This document shows positions 8,859 through 21,120 of a DNA stretch of 64,000 bases, piece by piece. The notes beneath the pieces are model-generated. The model was not told the origin of the DNA and ran no database searches. It worked only from the letters and a program-made list of their open reading frames with translations. Numbering within the stretch: the first letter of the stretch is position 1; the number at the start of each line of letters is the position of its first letter. Source of the DNA: Candidatus Enterousia sp. (GTDB lineage Bacteria > Pseudomonadota > Alphaproteobacteria > Rs-D84); NCBI GenBank assembly GCA_045613785.1, contig JAZLBQ010000026.1, forward strand, positions 32,001-96,000, read 5' to 3'. A program made the position numbers and the translations under genes.

Positions 8859-9416
8859 ATGAGAAAATTTTTATGTGCCTTATTACTATCTTTATCCGTG
8901 GCAACTGCCAACGCAAAAACAAACCCATTTTTTAATGATTACGACAACCAGTTTGCCGTCAATTTTGGCTGGGGTGTGGACAGTGGTTTTTTAATTCCTG
9001 CACCTGTTCGCTGGGTTCCTTTTGTTATGTTAAACGCCCAGTATTCACAACCTTCAGATTTTTTCCGCCTGCCGGGTCGTATGTCTATCAACATAACCCA
9101 GACACTTGGTTTTGGCACATCACGTGGCTGGCATTGGGATAAATACACAATTCCGATTGTAACTCTTTCCCAAGATTTCATTTTTGCCCAGACAACAAAT
9201 TGGTATTTCTTTTCTGGTATTTCTGCCGGTTTTCAGATGCAACAAAACGAACGCATTGGCTCTAAATTGTTATTTGGATTCAAACTAGGCACAGGGTATA
9301 AACTAAGTGATTGCACCAACCTAGAATTTTTTGCCCAGCATTATTCCAATGGCAACACCGCCCCAGAAAATCATTCTTATGCGTTTTTCGGAACAGGTTT
9401 AACCTTTAACTTTTAA
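8859..9416 (+). CDS. Acyloxyacyl hydrolase / PagL-like lipid A deacylase beta-barrel
   Basis: Signal peptide, QHYSNG (H-x-S-N) motif, C-terminal Phe. Confidence 0.75.
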   Translation: MRKFLCALLLSLSVATANAKTNPFFNDYDNQFAVNFGWGVDSGFLIPAPVRWVPFVMLNAQYSQPSDFFRLPGRMSINITQTLGFGTSRGWHWDKYTIPIVTLSQDFIFAQTTNWYFFSGISAGFQMQQNERIGSKLLFGFKLGTGYKLSDCTNLEFFAQHYSNGNTAPENHSYAFFGTGLTFNF

Positions 9417-10079
9417 TCACCAATCAATTGGTGTTTTTCCGACCTTTTCCAGGTATTGATTTGCCTGACTAAAATGCTTACACCCATAAAATCCACGATA
9501 CACCGACAAGGGCGACGGATGAGCACATTTCAACACCAGATTTTTTTCATTATTCACAAAAGCCGCTTTTTTCTGGGCATCACCCCCCCACAACAAAAAG
9601 ACAATATTTTCACGTTGCCCAAGAATTTTGATAACAGCATTTGTAAATTCTTCCCAACCACGACCAAAATGCGACCGTGCCTGATGAGCTTGAACAGTCA
9701 ACGTCGCATTCAGCAATAAGACCCCTTGATTTGCCCAACTGGTTAAATCGCCATTTGTCTTGGACTTTCGTCCTAAATCAGATTGAATTTCCTTGTAAAT
9801 ATTTTGCAGACTCGGTGGCACAGGCGTTGGCGACAACACAGAAAAACAAAGCCCATGTGCCTGCCCTGGTTCATGATATGGGTCTTGACCAATGATTACA
9901 ACTTTGACTTTTTCCAATGGGCATAAATTAAAGGCATTAAAAATATTTTGTGGTGCCGGATAAATTGCCTTGCCAGACATATATTCTCCACGCACAAAAT
10001 CCGTCAGTTTGATAAAATAATCCTTATCAAATTCGTCCTTTAAAGCATCTTTCCAAGATTGTTCAATTTTTACATTCAT
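9417..10079 (-). CDS. ung: Uracil-DNA glycosylase, family 1
   Basis: GQDPYH, VLLLN and HPSPLS motifs. Confidence 0.97.
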   Translation of the reverse strand: MNVKIEQSWKDALKDEFDKDYFIKLTDFVRGEYMSGKAIYPAPQNIFNAFNLCPLEKVKVVIIGQDPYHEPGQAHGLCFSVLSPTPVPPSLQNIYKEIQSDLGRKSKTNGDLTSWANQGVLLLNATLTVQAHQARSHFGRGWEEFTNAVIKILGQRENIVFLLWGGDAQKKAAFVNNEKNLVLKCAHPSPLSVYRGFYGCKHFSQANQYLEKVGKTPIDW

Positions 10080-10741
10080 AGTTTTATCAATCCTTGTTGT
10101 AAACTACGCCACAAAACGACATCTATATACCCACGTGGCAAACCTGTCTGATTTACTAGATGTGCAAACATATCATCACAAGCATTTTTCACTTCTGCTG
10201 ACAAATTACCGTTATCTATTAGCAAAGATTTATTTGCAAACACACACCCCAACCGTTGAATCCAGACATCATATTTCACAACATCTTCACCCAGATTTCT
10301 TGCCAAATGGTTTGCGGTAATTTTACCGATATGTGGTAATTTTTGCAGATAGTTCAATCGTTCATCTGTTGAATTCAACAAATAATAACCAGAACAAAAA
10401 TCGACACGATTTTCCCAAATTTTACAAATCGCATTTATTTTATTTTTATTATTGAACAGATGCATCAGCATTTCGAAATCAGCACCAACTGCATTCAACA
10501 CAGTCATAATTTCCAAGTGCTTTTTCTTGGCTGTTTTTTGAGAAAACCCACCTGCCAAAATCACATAGACACAGTGCGACGCAAAATCATCGGGCTTATA
10601 TATTTGACGTGCAGATAAATTCTTTAAAATTTCATCAAAAGTTTGTGCATCACTATCCAGTCCCATTTGACGCAACTGTCTGTCCAACGCAAAAAACCAA
10701 TCTTTTGTCCACATAGTCATCACATATAAAAACGATGGCAC
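10076..10741 (-). CDS. Helix-hairpin-helix DNA glycosylase-like protein
   Basis: LQKLPHIGKITANHLARNLG..VKYDVWIQRL (HhH plus Asp) and C-terminal IDVVLW. Confidence 0.65.
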   Translation of the reverse strand: MPSFLYVMTMWTKDWFFALDRQLRQMGLDSDAQTFDEILKNLSARQIYKPDDFASHCVYVILAGGFSQKTAKKKHLEIMTVLNAVGADFEMLMHLFNNKNKINAICKIWENRVDFCSGYYLLNSTDERLNYLQKLPHIGKITANHLARNLGEDVVKYDVWIQRLGCVFANKSLLIDNGNLSAEVKNACDDMFAHLVNQTGLPRGYIDVVLWRSLQQGLIKL

Positions 10742-10765
10742 AGATTAAACTGTGCCATCATCTAA

Positions 10766-13165
<2,400 letters not shown>

Positions 13166-13242
13166 TTAACATTCCTTTCTTTTTTCTGTGTAAAACATAG
13201 CAATTTCTGCTATAATTAGCAAGGAAAAAGGGGATAAATATA

Positions 13243-13533
13243 GTGGTGAATGAAACAGAAAAAATTTTTACAAAATCGGATTATATGACACCACTACAAG
13301 TGTCCAAGAAATTGAACATTGACGAAGAAACAGCATACAAAGCATTAAAAATAATGTATCTTCGTCGTGCTACAATTGCGGTTCGAACAAAAACATCTAC
13401 TGTTATCCGTCCAATTGTAATCTGTTCAAAATTCTCACGCACTAAAAATGGCGGAATTCTGCCATATCGTCTTCGTTCTGATGCACTATCTGAAATCGCC
13501 AAATATTTACAAGAACAAAAAAACCAAGGGTAA
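13243..13533 (+). CDS. Small basic HTH-like protein
   Basis: YMTPLQVSKKLNIDEETAYK resembles an excisionase/MerR-type HTH; AAGGGG RBS. Confidence 0.55.
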   Translation: MVNETEKIFTKSDYMTPLQVSKKLNIDEETAYKALKIMYLRRATIAVRTKTSTVIRPIVICSKFSRTKNGGILPYRLRSDALSEIAKYLQEQKNQG

Positions 13534-13538
13534 GTAAT

Positions 13539-14108
13539 ATGAAATTCAAACTGTTATATTTTGGAGACATTTTAATCAATCCTAAAAAGCGTGCACAACA
13601 CATTGCTGACATTCGCATGCAGTTTCATCCACAATTAAAAAAATTGATTGAACACAGTCCTTGGAACAACCTGACCCAGTATATGGTTCCGAACCCAACC
13701 AAAAGCCCAATAACAACGCGTCACGTTGGTGGCATTGATTGGAACCCCATTATTACACCAAATTTAAAATTGATTGCAGAGCTAGACATTCAAATGCTGC
13801 ATCCTGAAATCGTAGGTGTTCCACGTTCAGACATTGACAACCGTGTAAAGACAATTATGGACGGTCTTCGTTGTCCACAAAACGAACACGAAATAGGCTC
13901 AAACACGCCACGTGATATTGGTCCTATTTATACACTGCTGGACGACGACCATTTGATTACAAAACTATCCGTCAACACCAGCCACTTGCTTGATTCAAAC
14001 ATATTTGCAGAACACGAATTAAGCACACCTGATTCTGTATTTATGATGATTGATGTAAATGTCCGTGTTGCCGAAGGCACATTGGAAAATCTGCCATTTA
14101 TGGTATAA
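13539..14108 (+). CDS. RusA-like nuclease-fold hypothetical protein
   Basis: RSDIDNRVKTIMDGL and LLDDDHLITKLSV match the RusA DxDN..K..D / DD..I pattern. Confidence 0.55.
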   Translation: MKFKLLYFGDILINPKKRAQHIADIRMQFHPQLKKLIEHSPWNNLTQYMVPNPTKSPITTRHVGGIDWNPIITPNLKLIAELDIQMLHPEIVGVPRSDIDNRVKTIMDGLRCPQNEHEIGSNTPRDIGPIYTLLDDDHLITKLSVNTSHLLDSNIFAEHELSTPDSVFMMIDVNVRVAEGTLENLPFMV

Positions 14109-14128
14109 AGCCAAAAAGCAAATAAAAC

Positions 14129-14207
14129 AAAAAATCCCCTACTTGGGGATTTTTTAATATTAAATAACACATAACAGATAAAAAAAATCCCCCAAACGGG
14201 GGAATTT
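14129..14207. terminator. Two bidirectional terminators between convergent genes
   Basis: AAAAAATCCCC-tactt-GGGGATTTTTT and AAAATCCCCC-aaac-GGGGGAATTT. Confidence 0.75.
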
Positions 14208-14208
14208 A

Positions 14209-14628
14209 TTATTTAACCGTTGTTGTAGCATTACGGTTCCACTTCCAGACTTCTTCACCAGAACCCTGAACTAATGGACGTTCTTTACCATATGAGATAG
14301 TAGAGATACGTTTTGCATCGACACCGTCTTTTACGATAACAGCTTTTGCTGCATTTGCACGACGTGCACCCAATGCCAAGTTGTATTCTGTTGAACCACG
14401 TTCGTCGCAATTACCTGCGATTTGGATTTTAACATCTTCGTGATTTTTCATATACAAAGCCTGACCCAGCAAGTTATTCTGTGCATCTTCTGAGATTTCA
14501 TAAGAATTAAAACCAAAGAATACACGCTGATCGTTCAAGTCTGCTGGTTCAACGATTTTAGAAGAACCGCCGCACGCTGCCAACAAGCCTGCAACGCCTG
14601 CCAACAAAGCAAAGTTTTTGATTTTCAT
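14209..14628 (-). CDS. pal: Peptidoglycan-associated lipoprotein (OmpA family)
   Basis: Lipobox LAAC; GNCDERGSTEYNLALGARRA; SYGKERP; NRNA. Confidence 0.93.
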   Translation of the reverse strand: MKIKNFALLAGVAGLLAACGGSSKIVEPADLNDQRVFFGFNSYEISEDAQNNLLGQALYMKNHEDVKIQIAGNCDERGSTEYNLALGARRANAAKAVIVKDGVDAKRISTISYGKERPLVQGSGEEVWKWNRNATTTVK

Positions 14629-14709
14629 GAAAATACTCCCTTGTATTTCTGTTGCTCGTGGTATATTCTACTATAAAAATATTGAATTATCAAGGGGCAA
14701 ACAAAAAAA

Positions 14710-15486
14710 ATGTCTTACAGTGAATTGGCTTATCTTGAACTTGCTGGCGTTCGTTGGGAAATCAGCGACACCCCGATTACTGCACCTCGAACACCTGTTG
14801 AAACGACTAATTCTGCCCCTGCCCGTCCAACGGCTGCCACCATTATTGCAGAAATTGGTCGCAGTGCATCGGCTGTTGTTCCACCGATTACTCCGACTGC
14901 AACAGTATCGATTGAAACTGTCCGTTCAATGGCGGCACGTCCTGGCGATACAGCAACATTGAATCGAATGATTGGTGAATTTAATCACCCATTACGTCCA
15001 ACGGCGACAAACACTGTCCTGCCACACATTGGCAATGGCAAACTGATGATTATCACAGACACCCCTGGTCCAGATGATGATTTAAGTGGCAACGTCTTGT
15101 CTGGGACACCTGGTGAATTGATGGATAAAATGCTGGCAGCAATTGGGCAAAGCCGTCAAACAACATCGATAGTTCCGATTGTATTCTGGCGAACACCTGG
15201 TGGCCGCACACCGACCCAATCAGAACTTGACCTTGCCCGTCCATTTATTGACCGTGCAATAGAATTATTAAAACCAACTGTAATTTTAACACTTGGGACA
15301 TTACCTGCCACCCAGATGTGCGGTGTAAACCTTGCCAAATCGCACGGTGTTGCGACAACTCTTGAAAATGGCACAACAATAGTCCCGATTTATCATCCAA
15401 ATTATCTGATATTAAAGCCAGCGGCCAAGCGTGACGTATGGACTGTCCTACAAAATGTTCAAAATATCTTGAAAAGTGCCGAATAA
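14710..15486 (+). CDS. Divergent family-4 (SPO1-like) uracil-DNA glycosylase
   Basis: DKMLAAIG, FWRTPGGRTPT, VILTLG, YHPNYL; motif A altered to TDTPG. Confidence 0.8.
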   Translation: MSYSELAYLELAGVRWEISDTPITAPRTPVETTNSAPARPTAATIIAEIGRSASAVVPPITPTATVSIETVRSMAARPGDTATLNRMIGEFNHPLRPTATNTVLPHIGNGKLMIITDTPGPDDDLSGNVLSGTPGELMDKMLAAIGQSRQTTSIVPIVFWRTPGGRTPTQSELDLARPFIDRAIELLKPTVILTLGTLPATQMCGVNLAKSHGVATTLENGTTIVPIYHPNYLILKPAAKRDVWTVLQNVQNILKSAE

Positions 15487-15524
15487 TAGTTAATAATTTG
15501 GCATATTTAACAAAGGAGCCTACA

Positions 15525-16073
15525 ATTAAACCTACAATGAACCGTGACAATCGTCGTGACGCAGGTCCACGTATGAACAATCGGATATTTGCAAAAGCCG
15601 TCCAGGTAATTAGTTCAGACGGCCAGAATCTGGGCATTATGCCAACATCTCAGGCCTTACAGATGGCATCTGACGCTGGTCTTGACCTGGTTGAAATCAA
15701 TGCGAACAACGCCACCCCTATTGTAAAGATAATGGATTATGGCAAATTCAAATACGAACAAAAGAAACGTGCGTCTGAGGCTCGCAAGAATCAAAAAACC
15801 ATTGAAATGAAAGAAGTTTGGGTAAAACCTTTTATCGAAGAAAACGACCTGAACATCAAATTAAAAAAGGTTTTTGAATTTTTATCATCAGGGAACAAGG
15901 TTAAAATTGCAGTTATGACCCGTGGTTCCAAGAAAGTTCTAGCCCGTGGCAAAGATGCAGTTCCTGAATTATTTGCCCGCATTTTGGAAATAATTGGTGA
16001 CAAGGGAACACTGGAATCAAAATCGAAACCAGACGAACGCACAAAATCAATTATTGTTGCCCCGGCAAAATAA
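15525..16073 (+). CDS. infC: Translation initiation factor IF-3 (probable ATT start)
   Basis: GLDLVEI...KIMDYGKFKYE; AAGGAG RBS followed by in-frame ATT at 15525. Confidence 0.95.
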   Translation: MKPTMNRDNRRDAGPRMNNRIFAKAVQVISSDGQNLGIMPTSQALQMASDAGLDLVEINANNATPIVKIMDYGKFKYEQKKRASEARKNQKTIEMKEVWVKPFIEENDLNIKLKKVFEFLSSGNKVKIAVMTRGSKKVLARGKDAVPELFARILEIIGDKGTLESKSKPDERTKSIIVAPAK

Positions 16074-16083
16074 AGAATAGATT

Positions 16084-16162
16084 AAAAAAATCCCCGTTTG
16101 GGGATTTATTTTTTCAAGAACAGTTGATTTATCCAATAAAAAAATCCCCACTTGGGGATTTT
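16084..16162. terminator. Two bidirectional terminators
   Basis: AAATCCCC-gttt-GGGGATTT and AAAATCCCCA-ct-TGGGGATTTT between convergent genes. Confidence 0.75.
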
Positions 16163-16164
16163 CA

Positions 16165-16578
16165 TTATTTACAATTTCCATACTCACATTCCCGATATGG
16201 ATTTGGTGCACTAACTGTGGCAGGCCCACCATCTTTTGCAGTTCTAACATTATTAGGATGTGGACAGTCATAAACATTTGCGACCAAAACAAAAGCACGT
16301 TCTGGGCCAAATATTACCCATTCGTTTGGTTTTGTTCTCTGACTTGTAATCCAGTATGCATTACCTGTTCTTGCCTGGTCAACGATACGATTTTCCAAAT
16401 ATCTACGTGCATCATCAGCATCATAAACCGAAACTTCTGATTCCAGTTTATACAAGAAAGTGCAACCAATTGGTTCTGCATCTAATTGAACAAGATACTG
16501 ACTGCCGTTTTCATTTTTTATCATGCCACCGCATGCTGCCAATGCACCAACAATCAACAATGCAAAAATTTTTTTCAT
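16165..16578 (-). CDS. Lipoprotein (DUF4156-like)
   Basis: Lipobox LAAC; P.GC.FL...LENR...GNA...ANVYDCP pattern. Confidence 0.65.
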   Translation of the reverse strand: MKKIFALLIVGALAACGGMIKNENGSQYLVQLDAEPIGCTFLYKLESEVSVYDADDARRYLENRIVDQARTGNAYWITSQRTKPNEWVIFGPERAFVLVANVYDCPHPNNVRTAKDGGPATVSAPNPYRECEYGNCK

Positions 16579-16595
16579 AACAGTGCCTTTTTATT

Positions 16596-17537
16596 CTATT
16601 CAGCTTCAATTATATCATAATTGTCAGGATTACTAAATAACTTTTTCAAGACTAAATTATTCAACGCATGGCTGCCTTTATAAGATTCCAATTTTCCACA
16701 AACCATACCACCGCTGGTAAACATATCGCCAACAGCATCAACGATTTTATGTCTAACGAATTCATCAGGCCAAATCAGTTCATTTAATGTCCCATCCCCT
16801 GCATCGTTCAATGCAATAACATTATGTTCACTTGCACCACGTCCCATACCACGTTTTTTCAAATACTCCCATTCAGAATACTTACCAAAAGTTCTTGCCC
16901 GTGCGATATTTTGCACAAAATCTTCCGCCGCCTTTTCCGACCCATCAAAAGAATAAGAAAAAGATTGCTTTCCTATAATTTTTTCTGGATAAACCAACGT
17001 TGCAACAATATCCAAAGACTTAGCGTCATTTGGGCTCAACTTTACAAATCCATCTGATTTACGTCCTGCGATTGTATTGATAATCCACAGTTTAAATCGG
17101 CCAAACAATGGCAGTTGACGCAAAACTTCCTGTGCTTTTACAACAACTTCTTTTTTCACAACGACACGTTTTCTAGCACCACCTGTAATACCTGCAGCAC
17201 GGAAAGCCTTGATAAATTCTGCAGCACTACCGTCCAGAATTGGTGTTTCTGGTCCATTTATTTCAATAACAGCACTGTCCACACCGACAATAAATAACGC
17301 TGCCATTAAATGTTCTACTGTCTGAACATGTGCCCCTGACATTTTACCAATAGTGGTATTACGCATTTTTGTTTCACCGACATTATTCCATGTTGCCGGA
17401 ATCAATTCAGAATCTTTCAAATCCACCCTACGCCAAAAGATTCCAGGTTTCTCAGATGGCCGAATCAAAACTTCGACTTTATCCCCAGAATGAATACCAA
17501 CCCCCGAAATTTTCAACATATTTTTCAAAGTGCTCAT
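16596..17537 (-). CDS. lpxC: UDP-3-O-acyl-N-acetylglucosamine deacetylase
   Basis: GVGIHSG, TVEHLMAAL, PILDGSA, ARARTFG, RHKIVDAVGD. Confidence 0.95.
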   Translation of the reverse strand: MSTLKNMLKISGVGIHSGDKVEVLIRPSEKPGIFWRRVDLKDSELIPATWNNVGETKMRNTTIGKMSGAHVQTVEHLMAALFIVGVDSAVIEINGPETPILDGSAAEFIKAFRAAGITGGARKRVVVKKEVVVKAQEVLRQLPLFGRFKLWIINTIAGRKSDGFVKLSPNDAKSLDIVATLVYPEKIIGKQSFSYSFDGSEKAAEDFVQNIARARTFGKYSEWEYLKKRGMGRGASEHNVIALNDAGDGTLNELIWPDEFVRHKIVDAVGDMFTSGGMVCGKLESYKGSHALNNLVLKKLFSNPDNYDIIEAE

Positions 17538-18436
17538 TTAACTTTCTCCTTTAACCAATCCAAAAACGCATTATCAATAACAGTATCCAAACGTGCGTAT
17601 TTAATTTGATCCTGCATTGGTGCAGGCAATCGCACCCAGTCTTTTTCAGTTGTAATCAGTTTTGCGTTTTTCTTATTTGCCAGATTTATCAACTTTTCCA
17701 AATCTTCATTTGTGTATTGATAGTGGTCTGCAAACGAACGAGTTGCTACAACATTTTTCAACGCATTAAAGAACTTTTTTGGATAACCGATTCCAGCAAA
17801 AGCGACCAATTTCACATCATCTGCATATGGCGACACAGTCTGATTTTTTGCATAGAACACGGGCACACCATCTGGCAATTTAAAGTTCTTTTTTGCTTTT
17901 TTATTTTTTATGACAATAATAGCGTCTGCTTTTTTTGCAAATCTTTTTGGCACTCGCAAAGGCCCTGCTGGCAAGATAAACCCATTTCCATATCCCAACG
18001 CCTCATCAAATACGATAATAGAAACATCTTTTTTTATTGTTGGATTTTGCAAACCATCGTCCATAACAATTGGTGTTTTATCATCTTGCTTGTTCAACAA
18101 GACAATATTAGACCGCCTATCACCGACATGCACAGCCAACCCAGTTCGTGCCAGCATTGCGGCCTCGTCCCCGACATTACCATTTTCTTTACTTTTCTTA
18201 TACCCCCTCATAACGACAGGGGCGCCAAAATAGTTTGCAATAGCCCTAACCACAGGTGTTTTTCCGACCCCACCTGCAAAAATATTACCAACACAAATAA
18301 TTGGTCGCTGTGATTTTAACGGTCTAAATGCACGCAACCAAAATACAACACGACTAAAAGCAAAATAAATCCACCCCACCGGCATCAGAACTAACGCCAC
18401 AGGATTTTTTTTCAAAAACCACCACGGAGTCTTCAT
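17534..18436 (-). CDS. lpxK: Tetraacyldisaccharide 4'-kinase
   Basis: VGNIFAGGVGKTP, GDEA, MDDGLQ, PAGPLR, FADHY, TTEKD. Confidence 0.95.
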   Translation of the reverse strand: MKTPWWFLKKNPVALVLMPVGWIYFAFSRVVFWLRAFRPLKSQRPIICVGNIFAGGVGKTPVVRAIANYFGAPVVMRGYKKSKENGNVGDEAAMLARTGLAVHVGDRRSNIVLLNKQDDKTPIVMDDGLQNPTIKKDVSIIVFDEALGYGNGFILPAGPLRVPKRFAKKADAIIVIKNKKAKKNFKLPDGVPVFYAKNQTVSPYADDVKLVAFAGIGYPKKFFNALKNVVATRSFADHYQYTNEDLEKLINLANKKNAKLITTEKDWVRLPAPMQDQIKYARLDTVIDNAFLDWLKEKVK

Positions 18437-18438
18437 TT

Positions 18439-19236
18439 TTATCCTTTTTTCTTAGCGTTCTTTTTTTCTTGTGCGACTTCTCTTTTTTTACGTTTATACT
18501 CAGAGGCAGTCAAATCCTGTTCTATTTCAGGCAATCCAAATTCGGCATCCAATTCACGCATCTGTGCCACCATAAAGTTCTCTAAATCCTTTCGAATTTT
18601 TTCAAACTCTTCGTTTGTTGCCTTACGTGGGACAAATATAGGATTACCTATATTGCATATAATTTTCGAGAACGGCAAACAAACCAAATACTTATCCCAT
18701 CTATCCTGAATCCATGCCCGTGAAGTCGAATAGCAAACAGGAATAATTGGTGCCCCTGACATTTTTGCGAAATACAAAGCCCCATCTTGCACACGCAAGG
18801 ACGGTCCACCAGGTCCATCTGGCGACATACAAATAGCATGATCTCCACGTGCCAAAATACGCAACCCCTCACGCAGGACAGACACCCCGCCCTTATGAGA
18901 AGAACCATAAATTGCCCTCAACCCGAACAGATGCTGTAATTTTGCCATCATTCGTCCATCTTTATGGCGACTTGCTACGGCATAAGCCCTCATTCCGCCC
19001 AAACAAATAATCGGGCTAAGCATCATTGACCGCCCATGCCAAAAGACAAAAATTGCTGGTTTTTTACGATATTCATAGAAAGTTTCGATATTAGAAACAC
19101 GTTTTTTTGATGTAAAATACGTAAACCACATTGGGATTGCCAAGCAAACAGCGATAATCCATTGAAAGATTCCCAATCCCAGGATAGGCTCCCAAAACTT
19201 TTTCCAAACTTTTCTAAACGTTTTATTATGAATCAC
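18439..19236 (-). CDS. DUF374 / lysophospholipid acyltransferase family protein
   Basis: FWHGR, ASRHKDG, GSS, PDGPGGP, WDK...LPFSK. Confidence 0.85.
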   Translation of the reverse strand: MIHNKTFRKVWKKFWEPILGLGIFQWIIAVCLAIPMWFTYFTSKKRVSNIETFYEYRKKPAIFVFWHGRSMMLSPIICLGGMRAYAVASRHKDGRMMAKLQHLFGLRAIYGSSHKGGVSVLREGLRILARGDHAICMSPDGPGGPSLRVQDGALYFAKMSGAPIIPVCYSTSRAWIQDRWDKYLVCLPFSKIICNIGNPIFVPRKATNEEFEKIRKDLENFMVAQMRELDAEFGLPEIEQDLTASEYKRKKREVAQEKKNAKKKG

Positions 19237-19343
19237 AATAAACCCTTACTTTAAATACGACTGTGCAAATCTTAGCAACAAAAATTAGATAATTCAAGGC
19301 ACTTAGGAAATTCCGACAAAAAAGCAGGTATAATTTTTTTCAT

Positions 19344-19372
19344 TTGACTTTTCGTATAACAATAAGTATAAT
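19344..19372 (+). promoter_or_regulatory. Sigma70 promoter of tRNA-fMet
   Basis: TTGACT-N17-TATAAT. Confidence 0.7.
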
Positions 19373-19393
19373 AGCATAGCTTTTTTACTTTAT

Positions 19394-19470
<77 letters not shown>

Positions 19471-19760
19471 GAATTCCGCCCCATTTTCACCCTTTTGCTA
19501 CCTATTTGCTACCAAGAACAACCATTAAAGATAAACAAAATCATACATTATTAAGAATTGACATCTGATTTGAACATACTAGAATTCAAGCATAATCAAA
19601 AGAATTCTTATTTTTCTAACAATACCTAACCCAACTTCAAATACACACAGGGGACGGGGGGGGGAGCAAGGTATAAGCCATAAAAAACACAAATCGGTCT
19701 TGAACTAAATAAAATAGAACAAGAATTAAACCAAACATCGTATCTTATTACTATACAATA

Positions 19761-20435
19761 TCAAACATTCTGGCTTATAAACTTCTCATTTACTATTTCT
19801 TTTGTTTTATGCATCAAATACAATCTCATCAAATGTGAAAATGTTTCCGTTGTCGGTTTTATAATATCCCAAACCAACAATTCTGTATCAAACACACCTG
19901 TTTTCATCCATTTTTCTTCAAGTTTTTCATAAACATAAATCATACTTTGGCCAACATATTTATAATCAAAACTATAAACCTTTCTTTCTTGTGGGTTAAG
20001 ACTAGGAATAGCACTTGCCGCTATTGCCATTCCCATAAATGCAAACTTTGGTTCAAATGTTTGATAATCCCAACACGCTGAAACACCTATTATATTTCCA
20101 TACTTATCCCACAACAGCCATGTATAGGTATCCAATGAGTTATTATAAGTCGGAACCAAATGCTTAAAATACCAATCCGTCCTATCCAGACAAATATCCT
20201 TTAGCAAAGGATAATTTCCAACAAGTTTTTCAACATTGTTAAAATCACCAGCATATTCAAATAATAATGGTCCTGTTTCTCTGTTATAAGAAAACATCAT
20301 AATGGTGCTTATCTCAGAATTAATACCGTTGTCTTTTAAGATTTTATAATTTATCTCAAACCAATCTTTTGAATATTGTGTATAAACTGGCAATTTTACT
20401 TTTTTTTGAAATAACTTTTTAATTATATTTGTCAT
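19761..20435 (-). CDS. Hypothetical protein
   Basis: 224-aa AT-rich ORF with AGGGG RBS; adjacent to the upstream lipoprotein gene. Confidence 0.65.
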   Translation of the reverse strand: MTNIIKKLFQKKVKLPVYTQYSKDWFEINYKILKDNGINSEISTIMMFSYNRETGPLLFEYAGDFNNVEKLVGNYPLLKDICLDRTDWYFKHLVPTYNNSLDTYTWLLWDKYGNIIGVSACWDYQTFEPKFAFMGMAIAASAIPSLNPQERKVYSFDYKYVGQSMIYVYEKLEEKWMKTGVFDTELLVWDIIKPTTETFSHLMRLYLMHKTKEIVNEKFISQNV

Positions 20436-20443
20436 ATTTCCCC

Positions 20444-21106
20444 CTATTCAGACACCACGTTTTCTCTCTTTCTTTCCAATTCTAAAATATCTCTAAACTG
20501 GTAGGTATATGTAAAAATTTTATCCATATACATATTATCACCAGCCCAATACTTATCAGAAATATACCCCAAATATATTTTATCTTTATAAAACTTTATT
20601 TCTGTCAAAAATAACGTTTTTCTACAAGGCACTAACTCTGTATTAAATACAGGATATGAATTATTAAAAGCATTCATATAACCATACCCCACGATAGTTT
20701 TTGACCCCGTATAAACAGAACCAGCATAATTAGCTTTTTCACAAACATCCGGCACAGATATACTATATACATTAATTTCCCTTCTTACCTTTACAGGATT
20801 TTTGCATTTATAATTATTTATTTCTTTATCATAGTCTCGCTTAGTCATTTTTATACCCGACCTTGCGTAACCAACATTTGTATTAAACGGGTCATTGGTA
20901 TAAAATGGATTTTCATCCAATTCTTTAAACCCAGTACTAAATTCTGCACCTTCAAAAACAATGCAAAAATCATCCGATTTTAAATACTGTTCAATTTTGT
21001 GCATATTTTCATAATCATAACCACTACCTTCAAAACACCTATCTACACAAGGTTCCATTACACATCCAAACAACAAAAAAACAGACAATAAAAACGCCCT
21101 ATTCAT
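20444..21106 (-). CDS. Hypothetical lipoprotein
   Basis: MNRAFLLSVFLLFGC lipobox; AAGGGG RBS. Confidence 0.65.
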   Translation of the reverse strand: MNRAFLLSVFLLFGCVMEPCVDRCFEGSGYDYENMHKIEQYLKSDDFCIVFEGAEFSTGFKELDENPFYTNDPFNTNVGYARSGIKMTKRDYDKEINNYKCKNPVKVRREINVYSISVPDVCEKANYAGSVYTGSKTIVGYGYMNAFNNSYPVFNTELVPCRKTLFLTEIKFYKDKIYLGYISDKYWAGDNMYMDKIFTYTYQFRDILELERKRENVVSE

Positions 21107-21120
21107 ACCACACCCCTTAT

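Noticed and set aside
19650-19664. G9 tract as a phase-variation switch
   Set aside because: It lies downstream of the nearest gene, not within a CDS or a recognisable promoter; noted only as an island feature.
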